A stretch of 32,000 bases of DNA from Candidatus Saccharimonadota bacterium. GTDB taxonomy: Archaea; Nanohalarchaeota; Nanosalinia; Nanosalinales; Nanosalinaceae. Numbering within the stretch: the first letter of the stretch is position 1; each line of letters starts with the position of its first letter. Under the pieces are notes generated by a model. That model saw nothing but the letters and a program-made list of their open reading frames with translations, did no database searches and had not been told where the DNA came from. Shown one piece after another: positions 1 through 7,846 of the stretch. A program made the translations under genes and the position numbers. The stretch covers positions 840,001 through 872,000 of the forward strand of contig NZ_CP180230.1 in the NCBI RefSeq assembly GCF_047555085.1, in the 5' to 3' direction.

Positions 1-3000
1 AAAGCCTAAGCATCTCAGGCAATCTTTCATCAGGAAGCTACAGTCCATTCGGCGCAAGCATCAATGATAGTTCAGATACATTGAGCACTCTTGATGTTGA
101 AAGATGGTTCACTACAAAGTATGCTAGCTCAGAGCCTACGGTAAGAAGTATCAATACTGAGAAACTATGGGAACTATCCCTGAACGGATCAAGCAGGGAT
201 GTAAACGTTCCTCTTGACTCTGTTGTAAATATTGAGCTAAACTCAAGCGATTACAAGTCACCAGTAATCATCTACAAGAATGATTCAGTCATCGCTGAGT
301 CTGATGGTGGTGTAGAGGGAATATTCTACAGAGAAAGTAATCTAAACGAGAGAGCATCCTATCCTATCAGAGCTGAGATCGATGAGTTCAACGAAACAAT
401 TATCTACGATATTACAGTTGGACAGGACGACCTATCACCTAATGTATCCCTTCAGAACCAGGAACGAATAGGCACCAACAAGATGAACTTCAGCTATGAG
501 GTTAAAGATAACTATCAGGGTTCCGTAGAGTGTTCACTGGCCATTGATGGAGATGTTAAGGCCCAGTCCCGTGTAGATCTGGATCTAGATAAGACATGGT
601 ACAGTAGTTCATTCTATACTGAAGATGCTCCTCATGGTGCAAACAGTTACAATATCAGCTGTACAGATAACTCAAACAATACAGCAAGCTACATCGGGCA
701 GTACGATCAGGATTTCAAGGCCCCTGAAATAGAGTTCACCAATCTTGAAGATGGACAGGATATATGGCAGTACAAGCCTCAGGTCAAGCTGAATATTGTG
801 GATACTCACAGCGAGGAAATTGACTACAATGTATACTACGCATATGACGAAGACATGAACACAGCTAACACAACTAGTAACAACACTGTGGAGACAGTAA
901 GGTTGCCAACTACCACTCGCTGGGGACTGGTAGACTTTGTAGTAGAGGCTGAAGACGACAAGAATCAGTCCAGAACAAAGTCAATTACTGTAGATCTCAA
1001 CGAGCCTTACGTTGATCTAATCAGTCCTGCAGAAGGGAACGATGAAAAGCGAGTACAGCACAATCCTAGCGAGCCAGGTAACAGAGAAGTACTACCAGAA
1101 ACCAGAGTTCAGAGACAGGATCCAAATGTTGTATTTGAGTTCAATTACACGGATCAGATACAGGACTCCACACAGTGTAGACTAATGGTTGACGGAACAG
1201 AGAAGGCAAATGGAACATACGCAACAAATACACCAGGAACATTCGATGTAACACTTGATCAGGGAATAAATCAGGAAGCTCACGTTGAATGTGAGAACGA
1301 AGTAGGCAACTACATCTCAAGCACCACAAGACATCTAGATATTGATTCAAATGATCCTTCAGTTGAAGCCGTAATATTTGAACAGGGCAACAACACCGCA
1401 TACACAGAGACAAAGGAGCATGAAGTCGATATAAGAATCTCCGATAATCTCATGGCTCCTGCGACATCACAGTCATTCTCAGGGAGAAGCAGATATGGTT
1501 CCTGTAATAAGGGCACAAGTACAGAACAGTATCCATTCCTTGAGATAAACGGCACTGACAACGCAATTAGTATGAGCCATAACTTTGACGGAGCAACAAA
1601 GAACGAGACTGTCCAGTTAGAAAGAGAAAGTTATGTATACGGTATAGCATCACTCCCTACACTTTTCAGCGGATGTAGCTACAACACCGCTACAGAACCT
1701 CTTGACTATGTTACAGAGAACTTCGGAAATCTCGGTGCTGGAGAGTACAACTTTGAGATGTGGGTACAGGATGAAACGGGTAACAGCATCAGCACAAAAC
1801 AGTATACTTACACAGTAGCTAAAGGAGATCCTGGAATATCTCTGTCCTCAGATAATGATAGAGCAAGCAACAATGAGATTATCAGAGACTCAAGCCCTGA
1901 GATCAGATGTTCAGCCTCTACAGATCAAGTAAGCACCACACTACTGAGAAACGGTCTTGAAGTAGACTCAGCGACAAACGGCGAGGATGTCCTTCAAGAC
2001 AACACCAACCTACCTGAAGGAACTTACACGTACAAATGTGAAACAGCAGGTAACGAAAACTTCAGCCAAAGTTCATCAACGAGAACCATAGATGTAGTGA
2101 AATACCTGCCTGATGAAGTAAAGATCTCGATGAACGGAGAGTTCGTCAACAAGACTGTAGAGTACGGTACACCTGTTGAACTAGATATAACATCCCGTTC
2201 AGGCAACGACAACAGCGAGCTAGTTGTAGATGGACAGACAGTTACAGCACCTCATACTGTAAACTATGAGACAGGAAACTACACAGTATTCGGAAACGCA
2301 TCAGGTTCATACCGTTTCAACGCATCCAATACAACAAGAGAACTAGAGGTAATAAGAACAAGCAACAACGTAAACCTTACCTCCAACGAGACAATCAATA
2401 CTGTAGAGAAGGAAAGCCTCTCACAGTTCAGTTATGGAAATTATGACGTCAGAATAATGAATATCGTAGAGGGACAAACACCTCAGATAACCTGTGAGTC
2501 AGATACAGCAAGCTCTACTACAAATATCACACGCTATGGAACAGTAGTATACGAAGGAACAGGTACAGACTCTAACATACTAGATGCCGCAGACGTAGGT
2601 GCAGGATTCTACAGGTACTCCTGTAAGACCAGTACAACAAAGAATTACAACAGTGCATCAGACGGAATATATGTAGATATACAGGAAGCACCAGAACCAG
2701 ACTACGTAACAGGTACAGATGGATCAGATGGATTCGACTTTACAAGTGGCGAAACAGAGAAGAATATTGAGATAGGTACAACAGTGGATGTAACATGTGA
2801 TACAGAACAGGATGTACCAACCACGCTATACTATGAAGGAGACGTAGTCAGTTCACCGGATACAAGGACATTCGACCAGACAGGAAACTACAACTACACA
2901 TGTGCCACAGAAAGCACTGATAACTTCAGGGCATCACAGAGAACCATAATCTACGATGTGATGAACAGAACCAGTACAGATCTGTACCTAAACGGAGGCC

Positions 3001-5840
3001 AAACCGACATAACCGTAGATCAAAATGAAGAAGTAGAAATAATTGGAGAGGTCAATGTAAGTGGTACTGAAGTTGAACTAAGGGATGGAAGAACTAGAGA
3101 CACAAGATTCTGGGTAGGAACAGATGGTAGAGCAGAGAAGAATCATACATTTAGCATCCCTGGAGAACATAAGATAACCGCACTACATCCAGAAGAGGAT
3201 GATTACTTCAGATCATCTGATTCGGCAACGGTCACCGTAAACGATGTCACGGCACCAGAGATAAGTCTAGACTCTCCTGCAGATGAATCAATCACAAGAG
3301 ACAACGACATCAACATCATCTACAATGCTAGAGATTACTCACAGTTCACCTGCAGCCTAGAGATAAACGATACTGTAGTAGATGAAAGAACAAACAGTGG
3401 CGGAGACAGATACAGATGGGAACGTGCAGTTATCGATATAAATAGGCCTAGTGGCGTATACGATTACCAGGTTAACTGTAAAGACGAGCATGGAAATACA
3501 AGAAGCTCCGATACTCGAGAGTTCAGACTCGATACAGAAGATCCAAACATCCAGATCAATGAAGATGCACTGGTTGAAACAGGAGATCCTTCACCAAGCA
3601 TCAACGTAACAACTTCAGATGTATCAAGCAGAGAAGTAAACGTAGAATTCTACGCAAATGCTACCGTAGACGATGAAAACCTGAATTACTGGGAAGAACC
3701 TCATCTTGAAGGCGGACAGAAGATAGCTGACTCCACAGGCCCAGCAGATACAACAAGACAAATAGAAACAGATCAGCTTGAACCAGGCCTGTACAAGATA
3801 AGTGCAAGAGTAGTAGATGAAGTAGGAAATGATTACTACATAGCAAATGATACAGATCTCAGGGTATTCGACAACATTACAATAATGGAGCCTGGAAATA
3901 ACGAGGGAGAAGAGTATGTGAACACGACAGATCCAGAGCTATCATTCAAGTATTATTCAGACGATGCCCCACTAACATGTGAAGTTGCAATAGATGGAAC
4001 AACATACGATAGCTTCACAGAGGGAGAAGACACCTGGATTAATAACACAGCTACAGAACTAGGCGTAGACACCGGTCTATCACAGGGATCCCACACTTGG
4101 GCAGTAACTTGTGGTACAAGCAACAGTGATACATTCACATTCGACAAGAACTTCTACGTGGATGTACAGGAACCTGAAATCGAATGGACACACGTCAGCC
4201 AACCTAGTGGTAGCTCATACACAGGAGACAGCATAACATACTCAACTGAAGTATCCGATAACTTTGAGATCGATACTGTAACAGTAGAAGCCGCATCAGA
4301 TTACCAGAAAGTACAGATGTACTGTGGAAACGACAACGTATGTACTGCTGATCTAAACCTTGAGCCAGGTCAGCACCACTACAACTACACTGTATGCGAT
4401 AAGGCTGGAAACTGCTTCAGCACAGATACAACAGAGTACACAATCGTTGACGAATCAGAGAGTATGAACCTGTACCTGAACGGCCAGCAGGACAACATCA
4501 CGATTACAGAAGATCCTGTAGTAAACATGACAGGAGAGTTCGTCCAGCCTAAGGAAGGAACAGTATACTTCTACGTAAACGACAGCCTAGAAGCAAGATG
4601 TGACCGAGGTACAGGATGTACAGCTGAAGAAAACTTCCTGACACCTAACGGAACATATGAGATAACAGCAGAGTTCTACAGCTTCACAGACTCAACGACA
4701 AACATCGAAACATACTACGTAAACGCACAGGTACCAGAATCAGAATTCGAAGGATACAAGCTAAGAAATCTTGCTCCCGGTAAAGAAGCCAGTCTAGATA
4801 ATAACCCTGTACAGAGCATCCTAGGCCTAGGCCTGCAGAACAACAAGAATGTATTACTGGGTAATGATGTAGGTCAGGATCTGGCTGCACAGCTAAATAT
4901 TGACTTCTCATCCAACATTGATGCAGCCGACATGATATTCGATACAGATAGATCTGCTGGAAAATCCTTCATCCACCTAGAAAGAGATTACAGCCGCGTG
5001 GTCAGGAAGGATCTACTTGTACCTCGAATAGAGGACACAGGTAAAGTAAGAGTCTGTCCAGGAGCACAGAGCCTAGCAGCAGTCACTCCAACCTGTAACA
5101 ATGGATACAACATTTCAACAGGAGAAACAGTAGGATCAGTAACGATGAGTGAAGTGACAATTAACGGACAGGACTACTACGAAGTCAGAGGGATTACAGG
5201 AACAGGAGGAGAAGAGATAGGAACAACAAGCACAGATGACTCCCTCAACGAACCTGCAGAGGCAGAAGTAACAAACTCAGAGACACTCGATGAATGGGGA
5301 CCATACACACCTACGGAATCAAGCATTGACCTAGACGGAGGTAACGTGACAAGCGGCAACCTAAGCAGCAAACAGTCAACAGATAACTGGGCAGGACTAT
5401 ACGGTAACGCAACCGGAGACCTAGTCCTAGGAGGAGAAAGCACACTGTACAGATGGGATGCCGAACCTAGTGTTGTGCTTGCAGCAAATGCAACTGTAAC
5501 ATGGAGCAACCTGACAGAGGCAACAGCTACAGAAATCGATGAATACTACGACATCGGAGACGGATCAGACAACACCGAAGCAACCATGGACACTGCAACA
5601 ACAATAACAATCGGCAACACGACATTTGACCCAGTAAGATCCGTGAAGACATTCAACGGATCCGGCGTACCTACATGGACAACAGGAGCATTATCAGATG
5701 GAGAAGTACCAGTCTTCGCTGGAAAGGCCAGAACGAATCAGACAACAGCATTCAATGGAGAGATAGCAAACTACCAGATGATGATCCCAACAGGCGGAGA
5801 CCGAATACTGGGATACTCCATGTACATGGACATCAAGTAA
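1..5840 (+). CDS. Giant secreted/cell-surface repeat protein, 5'-truncated by the window edge (at least 1945 aa visible)
   Basis: The frame is open from nt 3: nt 3-80 read SLSISGNLSSGSYSPFGASINDSSDT with no stop, so the TTG at 81 in the ORF track is not the real start. Stop is TAA at 5838-5840. The protein is made of tandem beta-sandwich/Ig-like modules bounded by D-x-x-x-P-x-I/V junctions (DFKAPEIEF, DVTAPEISL, DTEDPNIQI, DVQEPEIEW). There are recurrent paired-Cys motifs (SVECSLAIDGD...NISCTDNSNN; STQCRLMVDGT...HVECENEVGN; FTCSLEINDT...YQVNCKDEHGN; LTCEVAIDGT...WAVTCGTSNS) and dozens of N-x-S/T sequons. No C-terminal TM segment is visible. Confidence 0.85.
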   Translation, partial: SLSISGNLSSGSYSPFGASINDSSDTLSTLDVERWFTTKYASSEPTVRSINTEKLWELSLNGSSRDVNVPLDSVVNIELNSSDYKSPVIIYKNDSVIAESDGGVEGIFYRESNLNERASYPIRAEIDEFNETIIYDITVGQDDLSPNVSLQNQERIGTNKMNFSYEVKDNYQGSVECSLAIDGDVKAQSRVDLDLDKTWYSSSFYTEDAPHGANSYNISCTDNSNNTASYIGQYDQDFKAPEIEFTNLEDGQDIWQYKPQVKLNIVDTHSEEIDYNVYYAYDEDMNTANTTSNNTVETVRLPTTTRWGLVDFVVEAEDDKNQSRTKSITVDLNEPYVDLISPAEGNDEKRVQHNPSEPGNREVLPETRVQRQDPNVVFEFNYTDQIQDSTQCRLMVDGTEKANGTYATNTPGTFDVTLDQGINQEAHVECENEVGNYISSTTRHLDIDSNDPSVEAVIFEQGNNTAYTETKEHEVDIRISDNLMAPATSQSFSGRSRYGSCNKGTSTEQYPFLEINGTDNAISMSHNFDGATKNETVQLERESYVYGIASLPTLFSGCSYNTATEPLDYVTENFGNLGAGEYNFEMWVQDETGNSISTKQYTYTVAKGDPGISLSSDNDRASNNEIIRDSSPEIRCSASTDQVSTTLLRNGLEVDSATNGEDVLQDNTNLPEGTYTYKCETAGNENFSQSSSTRTIDVVKYLPDEVKISMNGEFVNKTVEYGTPVELDITSRSGNDNSELVVDGQTVTAPHTVNYETGNYTVFGNASGSYRFNASNTTRELEVIRTSNNVNLTSNETINTVEKESLSQFSYGNYDVRIMNIVEGQTPQITCESDTASSTTNITRYGTVVYEGTGTDSNILDAADVGAGFYRYSCKTSTTKNYNSASDGIYVDIQEAPEPDYVTGTDGSDGFDFTSGETEKNIEIGTTVDVTCDTEQDVPTTLYYEGDVVSSPDTRTFDQTGNYNYTCATESTDNFRASQRTIIYDVMNRTSTDLYLNGGQTDITVDQNEEVEIIGEVNVSGTEVELRDGRTRDTRFWVGTDGRAEKNHTFSIPGEHKITALHPEEDDYFRSSDSATVTVNDVTAPEISLDSPADESITRDNDINIIYNARDYSQFTCSLEINDTVVDERTNSGGDRYRWERAVIDINRPSGVYDYQVNCKDEHGNTRSSDTREFRLDTEDPNIQINEDALVETGDPSPSINVTTSDVSSREVNVEFYANATVDDENLNYWEEPHLEGGQKIADSTGPADTTRQIETDQLEPGLYKISARVVDEVGNDYYIANDTDLRVFDNITIMEPGNNEGEEYVNTTDPELSFKYYSDDAPLTCEVAIDGTTYDSFTEGEDTWINNTATELGVDTGLSQGSHTWAVTCGTSNSDTFTFDKNFYVDVQEPEIEWTHVSQPSGSSYTGDSITYSTEVSDNFEIDTVTVEAASDYQKVQMYCGNDNVCTADLNLEPGQHHYNYTVCDKAGNCFSTDTTEYTIVDESESMNLYLNGQQDNITITEDPVVNMTGEFVQPKEGTVYFYVNDSLEARCDRGTGCTAEENFLTPNGTYEITAEFYSFTDSTTNIETYYVNAQVPESEFEGYKLRNLAPGKEASLDNNPVQSILGLGLQNNKNVLLGNDVGQDLAAQLNIDFSSNIDAADMIFDTDRSAGKSFIHLERDYSRVVRKDLLVPRIEDTGKVRVCPGAQSLAAVTPTCNNGYNISTGETVGSVTMSEVTINGQDYYEVRGITGTGGEEIGTTSTDDSLNEPAEAEVTNSETLDEWGPYTPTESSIDLDGGNVTSGNLSSKQSTDNWAGLYGNATGDLVLGGESTLYRWDAEPSVVLAANATVTWSNLTEATATEIDEYYDIGDGSDNTEATMDTATTITIGNTTFDPVRSVKTFNGSGVPTWTTGALSDGEVPVFAGKARTNQTTAFNGEIANYQMMIPTGGDRILGYSMYMDIK

Positions 5841-5861
5841 AAGACACCAACATTTCTCAAT

Positions 5862-5876
5862 CTTTTTCTTCATTTA
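5862..5876 (+). terminator. Oligo-T tract downstream of the giant gene (candidate archaeal terminator)
   Basis: The sequence ctttttcttcattt begins about 22 nt after the TAA stop. Archaeal RNAP terminates at T-runs. This call rests on sequence context only. Confidence 0.35.
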
Positions 5877-5952
5877 TACAATGAGTGTTCATCCAGAAAG
5901 AACAGAGACTGAATTTAAACTATAAAACTTCACAGCGAATTCAAGAATACTG

Positions 5953-5975
5953 GAGGCCTTGAAAAGTAAGGCCTC
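5953..5975. promoter_or_regulatory. Perfect 8-bp inverted repeat (GAGGCCTT-7 nt-AAGGCCTC) 9 nt upstream of tRNA-Leu
   Basis: gaggcctt (5953-5960) and aaggcctc (5968-5975) are exact reverse complements separated by gaaaagt. Each arm carries one AGGCCT site. Confidence 0.5.
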
Positions 5976-5983
5976 TATACCTA

Positions 5984-6066
5984 GCCGGGGTAGCCAAGTG
6001 GCCAAAGGCGACGGACTTAAGATCCGTTCCCGCAGGGGTTCCGGAGTTCAAATCTCCGCCCCGGCA
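5984..6066 (+). tRNA. tRNA-Leu (anticodon UAA), class II with long variable arm, no encoded CCA
   Basis: The cloverleaf folds by hand. Acceptor is GCCGGGG/CCCCGGC with discriminator A. D stem is GCC/GGC with an 11-nt loop. Anticodon stem is ACGGA/TCCGT with loop CTTAAGA, giving anticodon TAA and G37. The variable arm is 14 nt (tCCCgcaGGGttc). T stem is CGGAG/CTCCG with loop TTCAAAT. Total length is 83 nt. Confidence 0.88.
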
Positions 6067-6125
6067 TATACTATATAAATTTGAGCGGGATTTGATGGCA
6101 GAAGCTCCAGTAATATGCGAGCTTT

Positions 6126-6148
6126 GAGTTCAAATCTCCGCCCCGGCA
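6126..6148 (+). repeat. 23-nt exact direct repeat of the tRNA-Leu 3' end (T-arm 3' part plus acceptor 3' strand plus discriminator); orphan tRNA fragment or att-like scar
   Basis: gagttcaaatctccgccccggca at 6044-6066 is repeated exactly at 6126-6148. The second copy has no matching GCCGGGG 5' acceptor strand upstream, and its T-stem 5' strand is degenerate (ttgag instead of cggag), so it is not a functional tRNA. Confidence 0.8.
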
Positions 6149-6238
6149 AACTTCTACTCTAACTGAATCTGAAGAGAAAAATATTTACGATAGAAATATC
6201 GATAGCCAGTGCCTGACAAAAAATCTAGAAGAACTATA

Positions 6239-6586
6239 TTAGTTTCCTAACTGGGAGAGCTCCTTCTGAAGATTCTGAAGCTCGTTATGTATTTCATCTA
6301 CAGAACTGTCCGTTTCAATCTCTATATCAGAGGACTGAGGAATAGATGCAGATTCCTGTCCTTCAATCTCTGGCATCTCCATATCTATATTCTCCAGATT
6401 CTCATTCAGTTCCTGAACATTACTGTACATCATATCAAGGGCCTGTTCTTTGATTTCTCTGACTTCCTTAAGCACCTTTGAGGCCTCATTGATGTTGTTG
6501 ATTACTCTTTCGATAGATGAAAGATTATTGAGTATCTCTTCGTGGCCATCCACCCTTACGTACATCTGGTCTTCTTCAGGTGCCAT
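6239..6586 (-). CDS. Small acidic coiled-coil protein, function unknown (115 aa)
   Basis: ATG-initiated ORF with the acidic composition typical of the window and heptad-like stretches (NINEASKVLKEVREIKEQALD; DEIHNELQNLQKELSQL). An A/T box (ttatttttaa on the minus strand, nt 6611-6620) lies about 25 nt upstream of the ATG, consistent with a leaderless transcript. I recognise no family. Confidence 0.55.
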   Translation of the reverse strand: MAPEEDQMYVRVDGHEEILNNLSSIERVINNINEASKVLKEVREIKEQALDMMYSNVQELNENLENIDMEMPEIEGQESASIPQSSDIEIETDSSVDEIHNELQNLQKELSQLGN

Positions 6587-6653
6587 ACAGAGAAATTGTT
6601 TTGAGGCCTATTAAAAATAACGAGTGAGAACGACGTTAGTTGGACAAACTGAT

Positions 6654-7166
6654 CTACTTTTCCTGATAACGCCCCTCGTAGGCCTGATCTGTCTCCTCAA
6701 TTTTCTCGAATACGATGTGATTAACTCTAGCGTTCTCCTTTATCTCCACGCCTTCGCTGTTCTCAACTATCAGAAGGAATTCGCTTGTACCACGGAAGCC
6801 CGCATCCCATACACCGTTCTCGATTGTACACCCCATTCTAAGCAGGGAGCTACGCGGATATGCAAATCCGATGATATCTTCCGGCAAGTCGACTATCTCA
6901 TTTGTCTTTATCTTGTAGGCGCCTGGCTCCAGATTCCACCAGCCGTAATCATCTTCTTCATCTTTCTTAGAGGCCTCTACTTTCTCTGTCTCCGGAATCT
7001 CTCTTTCGCTGTTGGAGAAATCCAGCTTCCCTGACTCCTTGAACCTGTGGATCTCCTTAGCTGTCAGATCAAAACCGTTAGGTGTCAACTGCTTATCAAG
7101 ATCGATAAAATTTTCCACAAGGCCTTCCTCTACGGCCTCTTCCAGCTGCTCATTATTCAGTTTCAT
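6654..7166 (-). CDS. dut: dUTP diphosphatase / dCTP deaminase-superfamily protein (archaeal short form, 170 aa)
   Basis: Core motif is FAYPRSSLLRMGCTIENGVWDAGFRGTSEFLLIVEN, followed by ARVNHIVF and a C-terminal YEGRYQEK. This matches the PRSS..R.G....g.wDaGf.G pattern of the dCTP deaminase/dUTPase family. The short length fits the archaeal dUTPase type better than a bifunctional DCD-DUT. Confidence 0.7.
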   Translation of the reverse strand: MKLNNEQLEEAVEEGLVENFIDLDKQLTPNGFDLTAKEIHRFKESGKLDFSNSEREIPETEKVEASKKDEEDDYGWWNLEPGAYKIKTNEIVDLPEDIIGFAYPRSSLLRMGCTIENGVWDAGFRGTSEFLLIVENSEGVEIKENARVNHIVFEKIEETDQAYEGRYQEK

Positions 7167-7199
7167 ATAACGGTAAAATAGTGATACAGAGATAAAAAA

Positions 7200-7799
7200 T
7201 TGAATGGAAAGATCTGTAGATTAAAAACAGATGAAGTAGAAAAATATAGCGTGAAACTTGAGGAAGCTGTTTCCGATGTATTCAATCCTCTTCTTGTAGT
7301 TCCCTCAGCTGCATTGATCTTTCTCAATTCTCAACTAGGACTTTTCGAGGCCTTCTACTGGACTTCTCTGGGAGTCATGACAAGTCTGACACCTACACTG
7401 ATTGCAGTATACTTTACAGAAAATAGAGGCCTCAGAATAGATTCAAGAGATAAACGTCCAAAGGCCTACATGGTTGGACTGGTTTCAATGGCGGGAACAC
7501 TGGCTATCTTCCAGTTGATATCTGCCCCGTCTGTAATAGTTTCAGCTGGTATAGGCGGAATCCTGAGTATAGTGGCTTTCGCTGCAGCCAACTACTTCAG
7601 CAAGGTAAGCATACATACCGGAGCTATGACTTTATCAGCTGCTGTACTGTATCAAGTAACGCCCCTAATATCATTTACTGGATTTGTATTGGCAGTGCTG
7701 ACAGGGTGGAGCCGGGTAAAGCTGGAGAGACATACATTGATGCAGGTGATCTACGGTGCTGTTCTAGGCCTGACATGCGGACTTCTGCTGGTGCTGTGA
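7200..7799 (+). CDS. Multi-pass membrane protein, probable PAP2-superfamily phosphatase
   Basis: About 5 hydrophobic segments. PAP2-like motifs are present: RIDSRDKRP (C1-like), SIHTGAM (C2, S-x-H) and SRVKLERHTLMQV (C3, SR-x5-H, with the final D replaced by Q). The start is uncertain: TTG at 7200 leaves only 33 nt to the divergent dut start, and an in-frame GTG at about 7249 is an alternative. Confidence 0.5.
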   Translation: MNGKICRLKTDEVEKYSVKLEEAVSDVFNPLLVVPSAALIFLNSQLGLFEAFYWTSLGVMTSLTPTLIAVYFTENRGLRIDSRDKRPKAYMVGLVSMAGTLAIFQLISAPSVIVSAGIGGILSIVAFAAANYFSKVSIHTGAMTLSAAVLYQVTPLISFTGFVLAVLTGWSRVKLERHTLMQVIYGAVLGLTCGLLLVL

Positions 7800-7846
7800 G
7801 ATGAGAAATAAAAACTTGTATACCGGAGTTTCTACTGTGAATCATA

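Noticed and set aside
81-5840. The ORF-track start codon (TTG at 81) for the first giant protein
   Set aside because: The frame is open from nt 3 with protein-like sequence and no stop, so the gene simply continues beyond the window. I annotated it as a 5'-partial CDS from nt 1.
6067-6125. An integrated mobile element between the two 23-nt repeats
   Set aside because: Only 59 nt lie between the repeats, and no integrase, transposase or phage/plasmid gene is recognisable anywhere in the window. At most this is a remnant.
6067-6148. A second tRNA gene, or a split-tRNA 3' half as in Nanoarchaeum
   Set aside because: No complementary 5' acceptor strand (GCCGGGG) or anticodon arm can be found. 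The T-stem 5' strand is mismatched (ttgag against ctccg). Identity to tRNA-Leu starts abruptly inside the T-arm, which fits an att-type duplication better than a functional half-gene.
6624-7034. A 136-aa plus-strand ORF
   Set aside because: It is antisense to the dUTPase-family gene, has hydrophobic/basic low-complexity content and matches no recognisable family. It is a shadow ORF.
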